DNA of 64,000 nt from Pseudobdellovibrionaceae bacterium (GTDB lineage Bacteria > Bdellovibrionota > Bdellovibrionia > Bdellovibrionales > Bdellovibrionaceae): the NCBI GenBank assembly GCA_021731025.1, contig JAKFYD010000011.1, forward strand, positions 1,889 through 65,888. The letters are read 5' to 3'. The position numbers and the translations under genes are program-made. Of this stretch, positions 43,327 to 51,956 are shown piece after piece. The notes beneath the pieces are model-generated. The model was not told the origin of the DNA and did no database searches. It worked only from the letters and a program-made list of their open reading frames with translations. Positions within the stretch are counted from its first letter, which is position 1; every line of letters starts with the position of its first letter.

Positions 43327-44864
43327 ATCGAAAAATATTTTTTATTATCCCTGCAGCCGTTTTATTGATTGCTCAATTAGCAGCTGCAGCCGCTTACGTT
43401 GATCCACGTTTGCAAAATTTTGTTCGCCAAAAGGGCGCACAAAAAGCACGAGTGGTTGCTTTGATGAAAAATGATGGAGCCGGTTTAGCGGGTCCTCAAA
43501 GATATAACTTTCGTTCGGTCCATCAATTCCTAACGGCTCGGGCCCAAGCTTCATGGCAACAAGTAAAACCAGTTGTTTCTAGTGCGCCGAATGATATCGC
43601 AGTCCGCAGCGCATTTTGGATTAATAATTCGGTTGTTGCTGATGTGACTCCTCAGGGTTTGCGAATTTTGTCTCAGGTTCCAAACATCGAAAAAATTTAT
43701 TTGAATGGTGAAGTTCAATACATTCGTGCAGCTCCTACAAGCGGCGTTTTTCCTAGAACCAATAAAGCAGCTCAATACCCTTATGATCTTGTTGATATTG
43801 GAATTGATAAACTGATGGAAAAACGACCTGATCTATTAGGAGACGGGGTTCGTGTAGGTTTGATTGATACAGGGGTCGATGGAAAGCATCCTGCACTCGC
43901 TGGAAAAGTCGCTTTGTTTTATGATGCGAAAACAAATCAAATCAAAGAACCTTACGATGCCGGCAGCCACGGAACTCACACCGCAGGAACAATTGCGGGT
44001 GGAGATCGTCAAGCGACCAACATCGGTGTCGCACCAAAGGCTCAATTGGTCGCATCAGCAGCTTTGGGAAGTTACGAAGAAATGCTGAAGGCTATGGAAT
44101 TCATGTTGGATCCAGATAAAAATCCAAGCACCAATGATCGACCTCGTTTGATCAGCAATTCATGGAATACCGGTGGTGCTCCTGATCAAGAATTATTTTA
44201 TCGCGCAATTTCAGCTTGGGAAGCAGCGGGAATTCTACCTGTGTTCTCGGCGGGGAATTCGGGACCTAATCCTAAAACTATCACTCGTCCTCACGAACAC
44301 CCTGGAGTTCTTGCAATAGCGGCTACGGGAAAAGATGGGAAAGTGGCAAATTTTAGTTCCCGTGGACCTGCAGAATATCAGGGTAAACCAGTTCAAAAAC
44401 CTGATCTTTCAGCTCCTGGAGTTGATATTGTTTCTACTGTCCCTGGTGGTGGTTTGCAGGCGATGTCGGGAACTTCGATGGCTTGTCCCCATGCTGCCGG
44501 TGTTGCAGCTTTGATTTTCCAAGCGAATCCAAATTTAAATCCAGCTCAAGTTCGTGAAGTCATGATGAAAACTTTGATTCTTGTGGATGAAAAAGGAAAT
44601 CCTGCACCGTCGCAAGTATGGAATGCGTCCTATGGATTTGGCCGTTTGAATGCTTTAGCGGCAATTCAAGCTGTGACTGGAATGCAGAATTTGCAAAAGG
44701 GAACAATGGCTCAGTTCCAACCGACGGCTGCGTTTCAAAATTTTGTTGGTGAGATGAAGTCTTTGTCTTCTCAGTTGTCTCGATTGAATTTTGTGAACAC
44801 AAATGACTTAACAGAGAAGTACAACACTGATCCTCGGCTGTGGCTCGACGGCTCACGCCTTTAA
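43323..44864 (+). CDS. secreted subtilisin-like (S8) serine protease with an N-terminal propeptide
   Basis: Catalytic triad motifs 'GLIDTGVDGKHPAL', 'HGTHTAGTIAG' and 'SGTSMACPHAAGVAAL'. Signal peptide present. Confidence 0.9.
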   Translation: MNRKIFFIIPAAVLLIAQLAAAAAYVDPRLQNFVRQKGAQKARVVALMKNDGAGLAGPQRYNFRSVHQFLTARAQASWQQVKPVVSSAPNDIAVRSAFWINNSVVADVTPQGLRILSQVPNIEKIYLNGEVQYIRAAPTSGVFPRTNKAAQYPYDLVDIGIDKLMEKRPDLLGDGVRVGLIDTGVDGKHPALAGKVALFYDAKTNQIKEPYDAGSHGTHTAGTIAGGDRQATNIGVAPKAQLVASAALGSYEEMLKAMEFMLDPDKNPSTNDRPRLISNSWNTGGAPDQELFYRAISAWEAAGILPVFSAGNSGPNPKTITRPHEHPGVLAIAATGKDGKVANFSSRGPAEYQGKPVQKPDLSAPGVDIVSTVPGGGLQAMSGTSMACPHAAGVAALIFQANPNLNPAQVREVMMKTLILVDEKGNPAPSQVWNASYGFGRLNALAAIQAVTGMQNLQKGTMAQFQPTAAFQNFVGEMKSLSSQLSRLNFVNTNDLTEKYNTDPRLWLDGSRL

Positions 44865-46885
44865 TTTGTAAATACAGCAGGACAAGTAAGAGCCCTGAAA
44901 CTTTTAGTTTCGGGGCTTTGTTTTTTTTGTTCGCGGGCTTGTTTTTCGAAAAGCTTTAAACCTAATTTGATTTCTGTCGGAGTATTGAAGCGATTTCTGC
45001 GCGCGACCTCTTCTTTAATAGAATAGGATGTATCAGAAAAACTTTCGAATACGTAATCAATAGCTTCGGCCGCTTTTTTAGCAATGTATTCGCTAAAGAC
45101 AATTACGATTTGCTCTTGGTTTGTTTTGCCCGCGTTGCTAAAATTTATACTTGTACCAGCATCAGTCACTGCGCCGATCGCAAATAATTTATGATGTAAT
45201 TTAACTTCATAGGTAATTTTTTTTCCATTGTATTCAAAGCTCGACTCTTTAAATGATTTATTAGTTACGCGGATTCCTTTTCTAAACTCTTCGAATTCCT
45301 TTGGCGATAAAAGATCGCGAATTGGTTTTGAAATAGGATCATTCAGATCTTCGATATAAACTTTTTTGTTTTTTTCTTTTTTAATCCCTTGGTCGAATTC
45401 TTCAGGATCTTTTATCGAATTATTTTGGCCAGTCACCAGTTGAGTCGGATCAGCAGGGTCAAATTCGACCAAGCGATAGCCTGATAAACGCAACAGCATG
45501 CTAAAATCACGCATAGCAAAGCGAGTGTCACCAACAAGTTTAACTAGATCTTTCATTGACCTTTTTTCTTTACGGCGAAATTTAATTTCTTGAACAATTT
45601 TTTGCGTGAGTTCAAGGGCAAGCTCTTCAGAAGAGAAAGAGAAAAAAGCGCCTGAAATAGGCCCTGATGAAGCTCTGAAAACGCGAGCAAAAATATCACG
45701 ATTGATGTCGCCAAGCCCGCCATTGGGAGAGAAGGCCATCAGCATCCAATCATGATATTGGTAGCCTGGACGTTTAGGCCCTAGAAGCTGATAGGCTCCG
45801 CTGATTGGGAATTCGCTCTGGCCGCGCAATTTATAGATTATATTTTTTCTAATCTCCGCAACCGCAATGATGGCAGGGATTTCTCCTTCAACGACAATCA
45901 TATTGTTAGGATTTGGAATCGATTCTTTTGGTCTAATGTCTGCGGGAACTTCGGGGAGATCCCCTTCAGGACCGCTGCAAGACTGAGTGGGATTTCCAGA
46001 GCTCAGAATTGTTTTTGAAGTTCCATGGGCCGATTGCAAAGCAATTATTTTTTGATGATTGAGTCCTACGGAATCCACGGCTTCAACATAGACTCCAGCA
46101 GCTTTTAATTTTTTAAAGACTTCTTGAGCCGCGGGTTTTGATTCAACAACACCTTTATCCACACCACCTAAAACCTTGACGCCTCTTTTGTGAGCCTGAA
46201 TAAAAGCTTCAGCCAAATCTAGCAAATCAAGATCATAAAAATTAAAATGAAGTATATCACCAGGTTTTGCGGAATTAACCAAATCGATCATGACTTGGCG
46301 GTGATCATCCGCAGGAATTGTTTTAACGGTTCCATTTCGAGTGAGTTCTTTTCGCGGATGATTGGCATAAAATTCCATGTCATCATAGCTGAGACTATGT
46401 TTCTTATCGACGATGCGTATGGGTTGATTGGTGGCCAAATTGGTTTTAATAAGCTCAATTAATTTTTTATCTTTGATGACATCATTAAAGAGTTTACGAA
46501 AGCGTTCATGGATAACTTTAATCTCTGGGTCAGTCACTTTTTCTTCAGGAACTTTATCCAGATACTTTTCTATTGCGATCCAGTCTTTTTTCACTTGTGA
46601 TAACAAGAAAATAATTTTTGATTGGGAAACGCGAGGTTTTTCATTTGTCGGCGTTTCGAGCAAGGGGCCAAAAGTATCATTAATTAATTTATAAAGTTCT
46701 TTATTCACCATTATTCGAACAGAAAGATCCATCATTTTTTCGAGTTCGAGACCAGTTGTTTCGATTGTTAATTTAGAGAGATGGGTTTCTTGAGCAGCCT
46801 GAACTGGCAAAGCGACTAACAGCTGTAAAGAAATTAGACAGCTGAGGGCTCTGAAAAGAAATGAATTGCAGTAGGATGTTGTCAT
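44861..46885 (-). CDS. secreted phospholipase-D-superfamily protein with two degenerate HKD motifs
   Basis: Signal peptide 'LISLQLLVALPVQAAQE'. 'NHQKIIALQ...ILSSGNPT' (aa 277-299) and 'HHKLFAIG...GTSINFSNAG' (aa 564-586). Confidence 0.6.
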   Translation of the reverse strand: MTTSYCNSFLFRALSCLISLQLLVALPVQAAQETHLSKLTIETTGLELEKMMDLSVRIMVNKELYKLINDTFGPLLETPTNEKPRVSQSKIIFLLSQVKKDWIAIEKYLDKVPEEKVTDPEIKVIHERFRKLFNDVIKDKKLIELIKTNLATNQPIRIVDKKHSLSYDDMEFYANHPRKELTRNGTVKTIPADDHRQVMIDLVNSAKPGDILHFNFYDLDLLDLAEAFIQAHKRGVKVLGGVDKGVVESKPAAQEVFKKLKAAGVYVEAVDSVGLNHQKIIALQSAHGTSKTILSSGNPTQSCSGPEGDLPEVPADIRPKESIPNPNNMIVVEGEIPAIIAVAEIRKNIIYKLRGQSEFPISGAYQLLGPKRPGYQYHDWMLMAFSPNGGLGDINRDIFARVFRASSGPISGAFFSFSSEELALELTQKIVQEIKFRRKEKRSMKDLVKLVGDTRFAMRDFSMLLRLSGYRLVEFDPADPTQLVTGQNNSIKDPEEFDQGIKKEKNKKVYIEDLNDPISKPIRDLLSPKEFEEFRKGIRVTNKSFKESSFEYNGKKITYEVKLHHKLFAIGAVTDAGTSINFSNAGKTNQEQIVIVFSEYIAKKAAEAIDYVFESFSDTSYSIKEEVARRNRFNTPTEIKLGLKLFEKQAREQKKQSPETKSFRALTCPAVFTN
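44891..44929 (+). terminator. rho-independent terminator for the subtilase gene, embedded in the 3' end of the convergent ORF
   Basis: AGCCCTGAAAC-tttta-GTTTCGGGGCT (11 bp, one G:U) followed by 'ttgttttttttgt'. Confidence 0.6.
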
Positions 46886-46942
46886 GCCAGTCTTGTTCTC
46901 CTTGGGACTTTAAGGAGCAAGGATATGGCCAGATCTGTGGTC

Positions 46943-47428
46943 TTATGTCTTTTTTCGCACGTAAAGGGTTTTAATAACGGTCGCGACAATCTCTCCTGAT
47001 TCATTGAGAATGTTAACAGGTTTATCGAAGATATACTTTCCAGCAGTATCAGTCTTCGCTTTAATGTCAGCAATTTCTTCGGCGGTCATTTTGAATTCCG
47101 CAGTGACTTTGCCTTTCCCCGGTTTTTTAAAATCGATGGAAGCGGCTTTGTCCCAGACTATGTAGCTTCGCCCTAAATTGTTCATCAGCATGAGCATATA
47201 GAAGGGGTCTGTCATGGCGTACAGAGATCCGCCGAAGTGAGTGCCCACGTAATTTTTGTTGTACCAGTGCAGCTTCATGGAAACTTTAATGTAAAGATAA
47301 TCCGGACTCACTTCGTCGACAGCGATGCCGGCGCCGAGATAGGGGAGCCAAATATTTCCTAAGAGTTTTAAAAGCCAGATTGGTGTTTTTTCACCACTTA
47401 ATTTACGAATGAGGTTGGGTGATGGCAT
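46943..47428 (-). CDS. hotdog-fold protein (DUF4442 / thioesterase-like)
   Basis: 161 aa. 'NYVGTHFGGSLYAMTDPFYMLML' resembles the DUF4442/PaaI-type hotdog core. Confidence 0.45.
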   Translation of the reverse strand: MPSPNLIRKLSGEKTPIWLLKLLGNIWLPYLGAGIAVDEVSPDYLYIKVSMKLHWYNKNYVGTHFGGSLYAMTDPFYMLMLMNNLGRSYIVWDKAASIDFKKPGKGKVTAEFKMTAEEIADIKAKTDTAGKYIFDKPVNILNESGEIVATVIKTLYVRKKT

Positions 47429-47436
47429 TTTTTTCC

Positions 47437-48450
47437 TTAACTTGTTTTTCCTAGTGAAATTAAAAATGGATCTGCTTTTTGTCTTTCTGAAAAGTCATTT
47501 TTAGAATTGATATTGAGCCATTTGTTTTGCACCAGAATTTGGCCGATGGCTCCGCCCAAGGAATTTCCTGGGCCTAAGAGGATAACTCGATCTGGACAAA
47601 ATTCTTTTAAGCAGACAGTAATGGCCTGAGTGAAATTGTAAGGTTGAACCACTTGATGATCAAAAGTGTACTGGTAAATTTCTTCAAGATCAGTCGAGTA
47701 AGGAGACCAGATGTGCCCGCGGCCATCAATCAACGGGACCTGAGGTCGCTGAAATAAGTCCTTGGATAAAATTTCGAAAGCTTTTTGCGATGTTTGATGC
47801 AACAGAGGAGTGTGAAAGGCCGCGTGATTCACCAACTGAAAAGGATAGTTTTCTATTTTTGGCAAACGCTTCATCAGGGCTTCGAGAGCTTTTTGATTTC
47901 CACCGATAACAAGGTAACCACCGAGTTCAATCGAGATGTAAGCTTCGCAGTCCGCTTGTTGGTTCACTTCAAGAAGTGCATTTTCAGTAGATTGCACGCG
48001 GGCAAAATCTTTTTTCCACTGATCATCCAAGATAGGATAAATGATCTGCCCGCCGATAATTTTTTCTTTCATCATGGAGCCCATTGTATTGATCACTTCG
48101 AAAGCACCATGGACATCAAGAACTCCAGCGACGGCACAGGCAATGTACCAGCCCATGGAATTTCCCGTCACGGCCACAATTTCGTAGCGGTCGGGATCAA
48201 GGCTCATAAAATCAGCGTAACTGCAGGCGTAGATTAAGGCCGAAGCATTTTCGCCTTTGGTGTGCAGTTGAGGTTTAAAGACAGGCTCGTCATCCAACTG
48301 CGTGAGTGTAGGCTCGCCCAGGGCTAAGCGTTTTTCATCGAGAGTGTGAATGAACTCATTCTGCTGAGGACGATATTTTTTCAGATAACCTAAAGTTTCT
48401 TTGGTGTAGGTGCCCCGTCCTGGGCAAACGATGACGACTCGCTCTTTCAT
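47437..48450 (-). CDS. FabD-like acyltransferase (malonyl-CoA:ACP transacylase superfamily)
   Basis: Nucleophile elbow 'VTGNSMGWYIA' (GxSxG) and 'NHAAFHTPLL' (FabD-like His). Start at 'MKERVVIV' forms an ATGA overlap with the upstream stop. Confidence 0.6.
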   Translation of the reverse strand: MKERVVIVCPGRGTYTKETLGYLKKYRPQQNEFIHTLDEKRLALGEPTLTQLDDEPVFKPQLHTKGENASALIYACSYADFMSLDPDRYEIVAVTGNSMGWYIACAVAGVLDVHGAFEVINTMGSMMKEKIIGGQIIYPILDDQWKKDFARVQSTENALLEVNQQADCEAYISIELGGYLVIGGNQKALEALMKRLPKIENYPFQLVNHAAFHTPLLHQTSQKAFEILSKDLFQRPQVPLIDGRGHIWSPYSTDLEEIYQYTFDHQVVQPYNFTQAITVCLKEFCPDRVILLGPGNSLGGAIGQILVQNKWLNINSKNDFSERQKADPFLISLGKTS

Positions 48451-50666
48451 TTTTTCTCCGTATTTTTGCCAAGCAAGGATAAACAAGATTGGATGATATC
48501 GTCTCGCGAAGGAAGTCCTGCAGCTGCGGCTACTCCCAGTGTAATAAAGCAATCGTGCGCGGCCAACACTTTGATGTTTGGGATCTTTGCGCTATTTTCA
48601 ACGATCATCGTAACAAGAGCTTCACTGAGAGAACCTGACTTTCGACATTCGTCGACGATCAGAATATTTTTATCGTGTTGAATTTCTTTCATCAGAGATT
48701 CAGTTGGTAAAGGCGAAATCCACCGCAGATCAATGATCTTGCAATTCACGCCGTGCTTTTCGCGCAGAATTTTTTCGGCTTGGCGGGAAAAATAATAACC
48801 ATTTCCATAGGTTAGAATGGTTAAATCTTTCCCCTGACCATGAACACCAAATTCACCGAAGGAAATTTCTTCTTCAGGTTGTGGATAAGCAGAACTCCAT
48901 TCTTTGTCGCCCTCTTGATGGAGATCCTTCGTCATGTAAAGAGCAATGGGCTCGACAAAGACAATCACGCGACCTTCTTCATAAGCCTTGCGCACGCAGG
49001 CTCTCATCATTTTTACAGCGTCAGCGCCATTAGATGGGACGGCGAGGATAACTCCGGGGATATCTCGAAAGATGGCCAAAGAATTATCATTGTGAAAGTG
49101 ACCACCGAAACCTTTTTGATAAGGCAATCCAGCGATGCGGATCACCATGGGATTCGTGAATTGGCCTTGAGAGAAAAAAGCCAAGGTTGCGGCTTCGCCA
49201 CGAATTTGATCTTCGGCATTGTGAACATAAGCTAAGAATTGAATTTCGGGAATGGGAAGAAAACCATTGTGACTTAAACCAATCGCTGTACCAAGAATAG
49301 ACTGTTCATCCAGCAAAGAATTGAAAACGCGTTTGGCGCCAAACTTGGAGTACAATCCTTCGGTCACATTGTAGACTCCGCCTTTTTGAGCAACGTCTTC
49401 ACCGAAGATCGCTGCATTTTTATAGCGCAATAAAATATCCGTGAGACCGTAGTTGATCAGTTTGGCCATATGTTGCGGAGTTTTCAAACGAGCGTACTCA
49501 CGATCAAAAGTTTTTTCGCGCAAATTTTCTTCAGGTAAATCGGGTGCTGTTTTCATTTGAGTGCAAGCCGTTACAGCGCTGCGGATGTCTTCGGGCTTCA
49601 AAAGCTTCGGTCGATGAATCACGTACTGACCCACATGCTGAATACGACTGCGCGTTTGTTCGTAGAGTTTTAAAATTTCTTCAGCGGAGAGAATGGAATT
49701 CTCGATCAACAAGCGGGCAGAATGTAACAGAGGATCATTGAACTCTAGCGCTTCGATTTTTGCGAGAGTGTGATAATTGAATTCCATATCCGAGCCGGCA
49801 TGTCCTAACAGGCGCACTGTTTCCATATGAAGGAACACAGGCCGACGTCTTTGACGAACGTACTCTTCGGCGCTTTTTGTTTGCACGTAGAGATCAATCA
49901 GATTTAAACCATCGCCTTTAAAGTATTTCAGGCCAGGTCGATTTGAAAAATTATTTTGAATCCATCCAGAGGGTGTTGAAACCGAAATGCCAATTCCATT
50001 GTCTTCGCAAATAAAAGCCAAAGGCATTCTGACATTTTGATAGGCGGTCCATGCGGCGGCATTGATTGCACCAAGGGATGTCGAGTGATTGGCTGAAGCA
50101 TCTCCAAAGGTGCAAAGAACGACACTGTCATCAGCCATCACGGAATTCAGTCCCAGGTCTTTTGCTTTTTGAATTGAAAGAGCTGCGCCCATGGCCTTCG
50201 GCAAATGAGAAGCAATTGTGCTGGTTTGTGGGGGGACCATTAAAGGAAGGCTGCCAAAAACTTTATGTCGCCCACCCGCAATAGGATCTTCGCTGGAGGC
50301 CACGAAAGAAAGCATGGTGTCGTAAATCGACGTCGATCCAGGAAGTTGCTTCGCCCGTTCCAGCATTAAAGCCCCACTGCGGTAATGCAGAAAAGCCATA
50401 TCGTCGAGACGAAAGACATTTCCAAAGACCGCGTTTCCTTCATGTCCCGAACTTCCAATCGTGTAAAAACAGAGATTGGAGTTCTTTAAAATGCGAGCGC
50501 GTAGATCCAAATGGCGACTGGCCACTTGGCTTTCAAATAATTGCACCAGGCGACTAGGACTTAAGCCTGAACCTTCTAAAGAAGTGGGGGTGCGGGCCGG
50601 GGGGAATTTTCCTGTTGAAACGAATTGAGTGAAATTCTGATCAACGACTTCAGCGCGATTATACAT
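48447..50666 (-). CDS. fused alpha/beta E1 component of a thiamine-diphosphate 2-oxoacid dehydrogenase
   Basis: 739 aa. ThDP motif 'FGDASANHS...ICEDNGIGIS' in the N-terminal half. The C-terminal half is transketolase-pyrimidine/E1-beta-like ('FGEDVAQKGGVYNVT', 'FNSLLDEQSILG'). Confidence 0.8.
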   Translation of the reverse strand: MYNRAEVVDQNFTQFVSTGKFPPARTPTSLEGSGLSPSRLVQLFESQVASRHLDLRARILKNSNLCFYTIGSSGHEGNAVFGNVFRLDDMAFLHYRSGALMLERAKQLPGSTSIYDTMLSFVASSEDPIAGGRHKVFGSLPLMVPPQTSTIASHLPKAMGAALSIQKAKDLGLNSVMADDSVVLCTFGDASANHSTSLGAINAAAWTAYQNVRMPLAFICEDNGIGISVSTPSGWIQNNFSNRPGLKYFKGDGLNLIDLYVQTKSAEEYVRQRRRPVFLHMETVRLLGHAGSDMEFNYHTLAKIEALEFNDPLLHSARLLIENSILSAEEILKLYEQTRSRIQHVGQYVIHRPKLLKPEDIRSAVTACTQMKTAPDLPEENLREKTFDREYARLKTPQHMAKLINYGLTDILLRYKNAAIFGEDVAQKGGVYNVTEGLYSKFGAKRVFNSLLDEQSILGTAIGLSHNGFLPIPEIQFLAYVHNAEDQIRGEAATLAFFSQGQFTNPMVIRIAGLPYQKGFGGHFHNDNSLAIFRDIPGVILAVPSNGADAVKMMRACVRKAYEEGRVIVFVEPIALYMTKDLHQEGDKEWSSAYPQPEEEISFGEFGVHGQGKDLTILTYGNGYYFSRQAEKILREKHGVNCKIIDLRWISPLPTESLMKEIQHDKNILIVDECRKSGSLSEALVTMIVENSAKIPNIKVLAAHDCFITLGVAAAAGLPSRDDIIQSCLSLLGKNTEKK

Positions 50667-50774
50667 AGCTCAACCTCTATTTTGAGGATCATCTTCGGCA
50701 ATAAATAACTCTTTGTCAGGATACCGTTTAAGGCCTATATTAGCACCTAAAGCTAAAAATTCCAGGGAGTATTT

Positions 50775-51947
50775 ATGGCCAGTTACGAATCTTTAAACTA
50801 CATGGAAGAGGACTCGCTCTTTACTGAAGACGAGCTCATGGTAAGAAAAACAGTCCGGGACTTTGTCACTGCCGAAGTCATGCCCACTCTTCAAGAGGCG
50901 AATCGCAAAGAAGAATTTCCTATGCACTTGATTCCTCGCTTTGCCGAAATGGGTTTACTGGGCTCGACGATTCAAGGTTACGATTGTCCAGGTCTGGGTC
51001 ATATAGCCTATGGTCTATTGATGCAGGAGCTTGAGCGGGCTGACTCTGGAATTCGCTCTTTCTGTTCCGTGCAAGGCGCCTTGGTGATGTATCCCATCTT
51101 TGCTTATGGTTCTGAAGAACAGAAAAAAAAGTATCTGCCGAAGTTAGCTAAAGGGGAATTGATTGGATGTTTTGGTCTGACTGAACCCGATGCGGGATCA
51201 AATCCTGGCGGCATGCTCACCCGCGCTGAAAAAGTAAAGGGCGGTTTTAAACTCAATGGAAATAAAATGTGGATCACGAACGGATGTATTTCTGACATCG
51301 CGGTTGTGTGGGCCAAATTGGATGGAGAAGTTCGTGGGTTCATCGTTGAAAAAGGAACAAAAGGTTTTTCAACGAGCACCATGAAAGGAAAATTTTCTCT
51401 GCGAGTGAGTGTCACTTCCGAGTTGCACATGCAAGACTGTGTTGTTCCCGAGGAGAATATGCTTCCTCACGGTGCGGGTCTAAGAGCTCCTTTGGGGTGT
51501 TTGACCCAAGCTCGATACGGAATTGCTTGGGGCGTGGTTGGCGCGGCGAATGCCTGTTACCACACGGCTCTGAACTACGCTAAAGATCGAGTGATCTTCG
51601 AAAAAAGTAAACCTCTTGCCGCCTATCAATTAGCTCAAGCAAAATTGGTGAAGATGGCTCAGGAAATTACCAAAGGCCAATTGCTGGCCATTCAAATGGG
51701 AAGATTGAAAGAGGCAGGACGAATTCAACCTCATCATGTTTCCCTGGGGAAAATGAACAACTGCCGTATGGCTTTAGATGTGGCCCGTGATGCTCGCGAT
51801 ATGTTGGGTGCCAATGGGATCATCGATGAATATCCTGTTATTCGTCATATGAACAATCTAGAGACTGTGAATACTTATGAAGGAACAGAAGATATTCACC
51901 GCTTAGTGGTGGGACAGCAGATCACTGGCATTCCAGCCTTCCGCTAA
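50775..51947 (+). CDS. gcdH: acyl-CoA dehydrogenase, glutaryl-CoA dehydrogenase-like
   Basis: 'GCFGLTEPDAGSNPG', 'GNKMWITNG', 'ARYGIAWGVVGAA', 'YEGTEDIHRLVVGQQITG'. 390 aa. Confidence 0.75.
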   Translation: MASYESLNYMEEDSLFTEDELMVRKTVRDFVTAEVMPTLQEANRKEEFPMHLIPRFAEMGLLGSTIQGYDCPGLGHIAYGLLMQELERADSGIRSFCSVQGALVMYPIFAYGSEEQKKKYLPKLAKGELIGCFGLTEPDAGSNPGGMLTRAEKVKGGFKLNGNKMWITNGCISDIAVVWAKLDGEVRGFIVEKGTKGFSTSTMKGKFSLRVSVTSELHMQDCVVPEENMLPHGAGLRAPLGCLTQARYGIAWGVVGAANACYHTALNYAKDRVIFEKSKPLAAYQLAQAKLVKMAQEITKGQLLAIQMGRLKEAGRIQPHHVSLGKMNNCRMALDVARDARDMLGANGIIDEYPVIRHMNNLETVNTYEGTEDIHRLVVGQQITGIPAFR

Positions 51948-51956
51948 ATTCAAGCC

